Source: Methanotrichaceae archaeon
Lineage (GTDB): Archaea > Halobacteriota > Methanosarcinia > Methanotrichales > Methanotrichaceae
Length of the DNA stretch: 64,000 nucleotides
NCBI GenBank assembly: GCA_963803145.1
Contig: CAWDLW010000020.1
Span: 128,001 to 192,000, forward strand
Reading direction: 5' to 3'
A program made the translations under genes and the position numbers. Positions 59,487 through 64,000 of the stretch are shown here, piece after piece. How positions within the stretch are numbered: position 1 is the stretch's first letter; the number at the start of each line of letters is the position of its first letter. The notes beneath the pieces are model-generated. The model did no database searches. It saw only the letters and a program-made list of their open reading frames with translations, and was not told the origin of the DNA.

Positions 59487-60257
59487 ATGAGAAAGGACCT
59501 GAAAAGGCTAATGGTTATAGTATTGCTGTTTTTCTTGTGGGAAGTGACTGCAGAGGAAGTACCAGATGGCACCATCTATGGGCATGTATATGATGCCCAA
59601 ACTAAGCAGCCGCTATCTCAGGCTTTCGTGTATTGCCAGGGGATTAATTCACCAAAGGAAACAACCGATAGCCAAGGATATTACGCAATAGAAGGCGGCT
59701 TTATAGCTTCTGAGACGTATTTTATAGAGTGTGCCAAATATGGTTATAAATCGGATAAGAAAAGTATAACAACAGATTTGAATGGAATTGGAGAAATGGA
59801 TTTTTATTTAGGGACTGGAGATATATTTGGCAAATCACCAGAAGCTCAATCAGCATCTCAGAAAAATATACAGAATATTCAAAACCAAAAGTCAGGAGAT
59901 ATCAAGGGTGGATTGCCAGGAATAATGATTATTTCTCCAGAAGAGGGCTCTACAATTCCTTCAGGCAATATCATTGTCTCAGTCAGTGTCACTAACTTCT
60001 CTCTTGTGAACAAGCTAGGAGCTAGTAGTATCCCGAGAGAAGGGCATCTTCATTACTATATGGATGTCCCTGTTCCAACAACCCCGGGCAAACCAGCTGT
60101 TACCGCCACTGGAACCTTCGCGCCAAAATATGAAACTGCATTTACATGGCCAAGTGTTGCCCCGGGCAAACACAAATTCACTGTTCAGCTTGTGAACAAC
60201 GACCACACTCCAGTAATACCCCTGGTTTATGCCACGGTTAATGTTACTGTGATATAA
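59487..60257 (+). CDS. Secreted carboxypeptidase-regulatory-like domain plus His-motif Ig-like (DUF4399-like) domain
   Basis: Shared N-domain; C-domain I.SP.EG...GHLHYYMD...PGKH..TVQLVNNDHTP. Confidence 0.82.
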   Translation: MRKDLKRLMVIVLLFFLWEVTAEEVPDGTIYGHVYDAQTKQPLSQAFVYCQGINSPKETTDSQGYYAIEGGFIASETYFIECAKYGYKSDKKSITTDLNGIGEMDFYLGTGDIFGKSPEAQSASQKNIQNIQNQKSGDIKGGLPGIMIISPEEGSTIPSGNIIVSVSVTNFSLVNKLGASSIPREGHLHYYMDVPVPTTPGKPAVTATGTFAPKYETAFTWPSVAPGKHKFTVQLVNNDHTPVIPLVYATVNVTVI

Positions 60258-60316
60258 TATCAACGACGGAGTTAAAATGGCAAACCTATTCGAAGCAATA
60301 TAATGGGGTAAGGGCA

Positions 60317-61228
60317 ATGAAATCTATTGCAATCAGTCTGATTATGCTTTGGATCGCTGTAATCAATACAGTGGCAGCTGAGGATCAATCCATGCCCGAT
60401 GGCACCATCTATGGGCACGTATATGACGCTCAGACCAAGCAGCCATTATCAAATGCCTGGGTGTATTGCCAGGAGGTTAAGTGCCCCAAGCAATTGACAG
60501 ATAGCAATGGATACTACGCCATAGAGAATTGCTTCTCGCCTTCAAGCACTTATGTTATTGATTGCACAAAAAATGGTTATCCAACAGCTAAAAAAACAGT
60601 TGAAACGGATTCTAGCGGCAAAGCCGAAATTGATTTTATTTTAAGTAATGCGCCAAATCCTTCGCCAAACACTGAAGCAGACGATGCCTATGCCAAAACC
60701 AAGGAACCGGCAACGACTAGCTATATCAACTTTACAAAAGAGGCCGAATTTCAATACATGCCAGCAAGCCAGAACGGCAGCAGTGAGACAAAATGGGTGC
60801 CATGTGACACCGAATCTAATGACAGCAATGATTGGGTGAAACTTACTGACCGCAATGGAACGACATATTGGGTGAAACGTCTCTGCGTCCAGAATTATAA
60901 TGTATCATCAATCGGGACTGCCATCACATCAGCGGGCTCCACAAATGCTAATGGCATCAGGTTGTTTGGCTATATACATGATGTCGAAAGCGATATGCCA
61001 ATTAATGGTGCACGAGTAGTTGCAACAGATCAAGCAGGTAATAGCTTAACGGCTGTTACAGATATGAATGGATATTTTACTTTAAATCTATTGAAAAATG
61101 TCCAATATACCGGCAATGTTGGAGCAGATGGATATCTCAATCTTCCAATTGAAATAATGTTATCAAGTGCTGAATTTCCCGAAAAAGTACTAGGGCCCGA
61201 GACGATGAAGCTTACGCCTCGGGATTAG
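60317..61228 (+). CDS. Secreted protein with two carboxypeptidase-regulatory-like domains
   Basis: Shared N-domain; second copy LFGYIHD.ES..PI.GA.V...TD.NGYF.L...ADGY. Confidence 0.82.
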   Translation: MKSIAISLIMLWIAVINTVAAEDQSMPDGTIYGHVYDAQTKQPLSNAWVYCQEVKCPKQLTDSNGYYAIENCFSPSSTYVIDCTKNGYPTAKKTVETDSSGKAEIDFILSNAPNPSPNTEADDAYAKTKEPATTSYINFTKEAEFQYMPASQNGSSETKWVPCDTESNDSNDWVKLTDRNGTTYWVKRLCVQNYNVSSIGTAITSAGSTNANGIRLFGYIHDVESDMPINGARVVATDQAGNSLTAVTDMNGYFTLNLLKNVQYTGNVGADGYLNLPIEIMLSSAEFPEKVLGPETMKLTPRD

Positions 61229-61470
61229 TTTACTACACATCCTGATACAGTCTGAGAGATTTGCAGCTTTGACCTCAGGATGACAACCGTAGGCAAATTG
61301 GATTCTTCGTGCTTCTGAAATGCCGATATCTTATTGATCAAGACAGACTCAGAAGGTAATTGTGAATGATTAGCTATCCCACTACCGCGAGGATTGACAC
61401 CTTTGATGATAATTCCGATAATTTGATAAGCTATAAGCTAGCAAGCATTTGCCATAAGTAGGCTGGGAGA

Positions 61471-62652
61471 ATGAGGTCCGCCGCAATCTGCCTTGTATTG
61501 CTTACAATTGCTGCGATTGATCTAGTAGTAGCAGAGGATCAATCCGTGCCAGATGGCACAATCTACGGGCATGTCTACGATGCCGATACAAATCATCCGC
61601 TATCTCAAGCTTTCGTTTATTGCCAGGATATCAAGTGCTCGAAGCCGACGACCGACAGCACAGGCTATTATGCCACTGATTCTTGTTTCTCGCCATCCAA
61701 AACCTATACAATTCAATGTACCAAGCATGGATACGAAACAGCAACAAAAAGCGTAACGACGAATCAGGATGGCAAAGCTGTAGCTGACTTTAATTTGGAG
61801 CCGGAGGGTTCTAAACCAGCTAATGTGCAAGCAAATCAAATATCACCTGATTCTGGTTTAATTACTAACCCACAAGATGCTGAAATCTGGATCAACAAAG
61901 GAAGGGATTTTGAACGAGTGGGTAAATACAACGATTCAGTAGATGCATATAATAGAGCTATCGAGATCAATCCTAATTTAGCAGAGGCTTGGCTAGATAA
62001 AGTTGTCCCCCTTGATAACATGGGCAAACACAGCGACGCCATGCAGGCTATAGACAAGGCTATCGAAATCGATCCCAATTTTTCAAGTGCCTGGTACTTG
62101 AAAGCACAATCACTAATTGATCAGAAAAATCCCGAGGATGCCATTAAAGCGTTTAATAACGCAATTGAAATCGACCCACGCTCTCCTCAAGCACTATCTT
62201 CCAGTATTTACATAGGTTTTGCTCTTATGGATCAGGGTGAGTATGATGAGGCCATTAAGATATACGACAAAATTATCGCGATCGATCCGAATTCTATTGA
62301 GAATATATTAGATAACAAAGGATATGCCCTCAGTCACGTAGGCAAGTATGACGAGGCTCTGCAAGCTTTCGATCTAGCTATAGGAATCAATCGAAACAAT
62401 TATGAAACTTCTGATGCATGGGAGGGCAAAGGCGATGTATTTAGATCACAGAATAAATATGAGGATGCTATTAAGTGCTATGACGAGGCCATCAGAATCA
62501 ATTCGGATAATAGTATTGCTTGGGAAAACAAAGGATTAGCTCTTCAAAAACTTGGTCGAACTTCGGAATCAGATGCTGCCTTTGCCAAGGTCAAAGAGTT
62601 GAAACGGCTAGGTAAGTTCATGGAGGCTGACTATCAGCCAAGCTCCAAATAG
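61471..62652 (+). CDS. Secreted carboxypeptidase-regulatory-like domain plus TPR protein
   Basis: Shared N-domain followed by ~7 TPRs. Confidence 0.88.
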   Translation: MRSAAICLVLLTIAAIDLVVAEDQSVPDGTIYGHVYDADTNHPLSQAFVYCQDIKCSKPTTDSTGYYATDSCFSPSKTYTIQCTKHGYETATKSVTTNQDGKAVADFNLEPEGSKPANVQANQISPDSGLITNPQDAEIWINKGRDFERVGKYNDSVDAYNRAIEINPNLAEAWLDKVVPLDNMGKHSDAMQAIDKAIEIDPNFSSAWYLKAQSLIDQKNPEDAIKAFNNAIEIDPRSPQALSSSIYIGFALMDQGEYDEAIKIYDKIIAIDPNSIENILDNKGYALSHVGKYDEALQAFDLAIGINRNNYETSDAWEGKGDVFRSQNKYEDAIKCYDEAIRINSDNSIAWENKGLALQKLGRTSESDAAFAKVKELKRLGKFMEADYQPSSK

Positions 62653-62944
62653 AGATTGGGGTTATGAAGTTATTCCAGTACTAACCTCCAAATCGCAGAA
62701 ATCTGAGAAAGAAAGGTTTCTTTTAGCAAGGAACCATCAGTGAGAGTACTTTGGAAAAAATACCTCGCCGATGATCAAATCGTAGGATGTATCAATGAGA
62801 TTGGCGTGAGGTATGTCATTAACTACCGTGAGAGTGTTCGCTAGGCTAGATAAGAATTATGAACACTTCCTTAGTGATGCATGTTGTGAATATCGCTCGC
62901 TCTATCAGCGAAAACTCTTTCTACGATTTCTGCTCAAGAGTGGT

Positions 62945-63691
62945 ATGCAACAGAGCATCAATACCTGTCCTAAATCAACATCCTCCGACAGATCTCGCGC
63001 TATATATCTCTCAACGCCCATCAATGCCCTAGTCGAAGGGATCTTCGAGGAAAATGTACCCTTTGCCGAGATAAAGCAGCACGGAGACTTCGGTCTAGGC
63101 ACCTTCAATGACCTGGATGGAGAGATGATGATGCTCGATGGAATAGTTTACCAGATCAACTCTGAAGGCCATGTCAATATTATAGGTGAAGAAGCTCTCA
63201 CACCATTCGCCTGCGTTACGTTCTACAGATCTGTATGCTATGATGGCATAGAACACGAAATGGATTACAATTCCTTCATCGATATGCTTAACGGTCTTAT
63301 TCCATCAACCAATCTGTTTTACGCTATAAGAGCTGAAGGATTATTTTCCTATATCAGAACGCGATCTGTGCCGAAACAGGAGAGCTACCGTCCTATTGCC
63401 GAGGCCACAAAGGCCCAACGTACCTTTGAATTTCAGAACATTAAGGGAACCATTGCAGGATTCTTCACACCATCCTTCATGGCATCTCTAAATGCTCCTG
63501 GATTCCACTTGCATTTCCTCTCTTCCGACCTCTCGCATGGGGGCCACCTTTTGGAATGCAGACCATCAAATGCAGAGATCGGCATCCAATTCATCGATAG
63601 ATTGGAGCTCTCCCTGCCGATGACCCTCGATTACTTGACTCAGGATTTCAACCTCGACGTAAAGAAGGATTTGGAGAAGGCAGAAAGGTAA
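62945..63691 (+). CDS. budA: Alpha-acetolactate decarboxylase
   Basis: HGDFGLGTF..LDGEM, TPFA, RTRSVP.Q and GFHLHF...GGHLL Zn motifs. Start probably ATG 62945. Confidence 0.93.
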   Translation: MQQSINTCPKSTSSDRSRAIYLSTPINALVEGIFEENVPFAEIKQHGDFGLGTFNDLDGEMMMLDGIVYQINSEGHVNIIGEEALTPFACVTFYRSVCYDGIEHEMDYNSFIDMLNGLIPSTNLFYAIRAEGLFSYIRTRSVPKQESYRPIAEATKAQRTFEFQNIKGTIAGFFTPSFMASLNAPGFHLHFLSSDLSHGGHLLECRPSNAEIGIQFIDRLELSLPMTLDYLTQDFNLDVKKDLEKAER

Positions 63692-63730
63692 AATAACTTC
63701 TCCATACGACTTGAGGTTCAGTGATTAGTA

Positions 63731-64000
63731 ATGGAGCTACCTATCGTAAACCAATGGTTTTTACCTTTGATATTCGCAATTCTAGGTCTAATTGCAGGAT
63801 TTCTTTTTAAAAAGATCATTCTCCCTGCATTAAATAAGTGCTGCAACCTTGCGAAGCATGAGAACCTTGAAGTTGTAGCGGCTGTGTCGAGCCCCTACAT
63901 CACACCATGGTTCGCTATCCTTGGATTCTATTTATCAGTGCAGCTTGCACCCATCGAACTGCCTATTAGAAGTATTCTGGTGGAAGCATTGTTCGTGATA
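63731..64000 (+). CDS. Membrane protein, 3' partial (possibly MscS-family N-terminus)
   Basis: Hand translation MELPIVNQWFLPLIFAILGLIAGFLFKKIILP... runs off the window end with successive TM helices. Confidence 0.5.
   Translation, partial: MELPIVNQWFLPLIFAILGLIAGFLFKKIILPALNKCCNLAKHENLEVVAAVSSPYITPWFAILGFYLSVQLAPIELPIRSILVEALFVI

Overview
Archaeal DNA, most likely from a Methanothrix/Methanotrichaceae-like methanogen. This is inferred from DUF2111, the oapABC trio, GGAGG/GGTGA RBSs and many secreted TPR, Cache and fasciclin proteins. The window holds a small housekeeping core (rimI, DUF2111, argG, a radical SAM protein, oapABC) within largely accessory, surface-protein-rich DNA. Main findings: (1) At 16.1-24.2 kb, two paralogous secreted proteins built on a Cys-every-sixth-residue (CPTGxG) solenoid-like repeat bracket a three-gene membrane operon encoding two paralogous polytopic GATase-like/DUF4350 (GIFT-like) proteins. 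This is the best candidate for an undescribed system. (2) At 48.1-62.7 kb, a secreted YEATS-like protein and a 2,822-aa repeat protein are followed by five small secreted genes that share one N-terminal domain and carry different C-terminal payloads. (3) At 30-39.7 kb, a type I R-M locus has hsdS split by an IS630-family element at a TA site, a truncated MNT-HEPN pair, a relic of an hsdR 3' end, and ~110-bp inverted repeats around the hsdM-hsdS-MNT block. No rRNA, intact tRNA or CRISPR array was seen. All functional calls come from motif recognition by eye, not from database searches.
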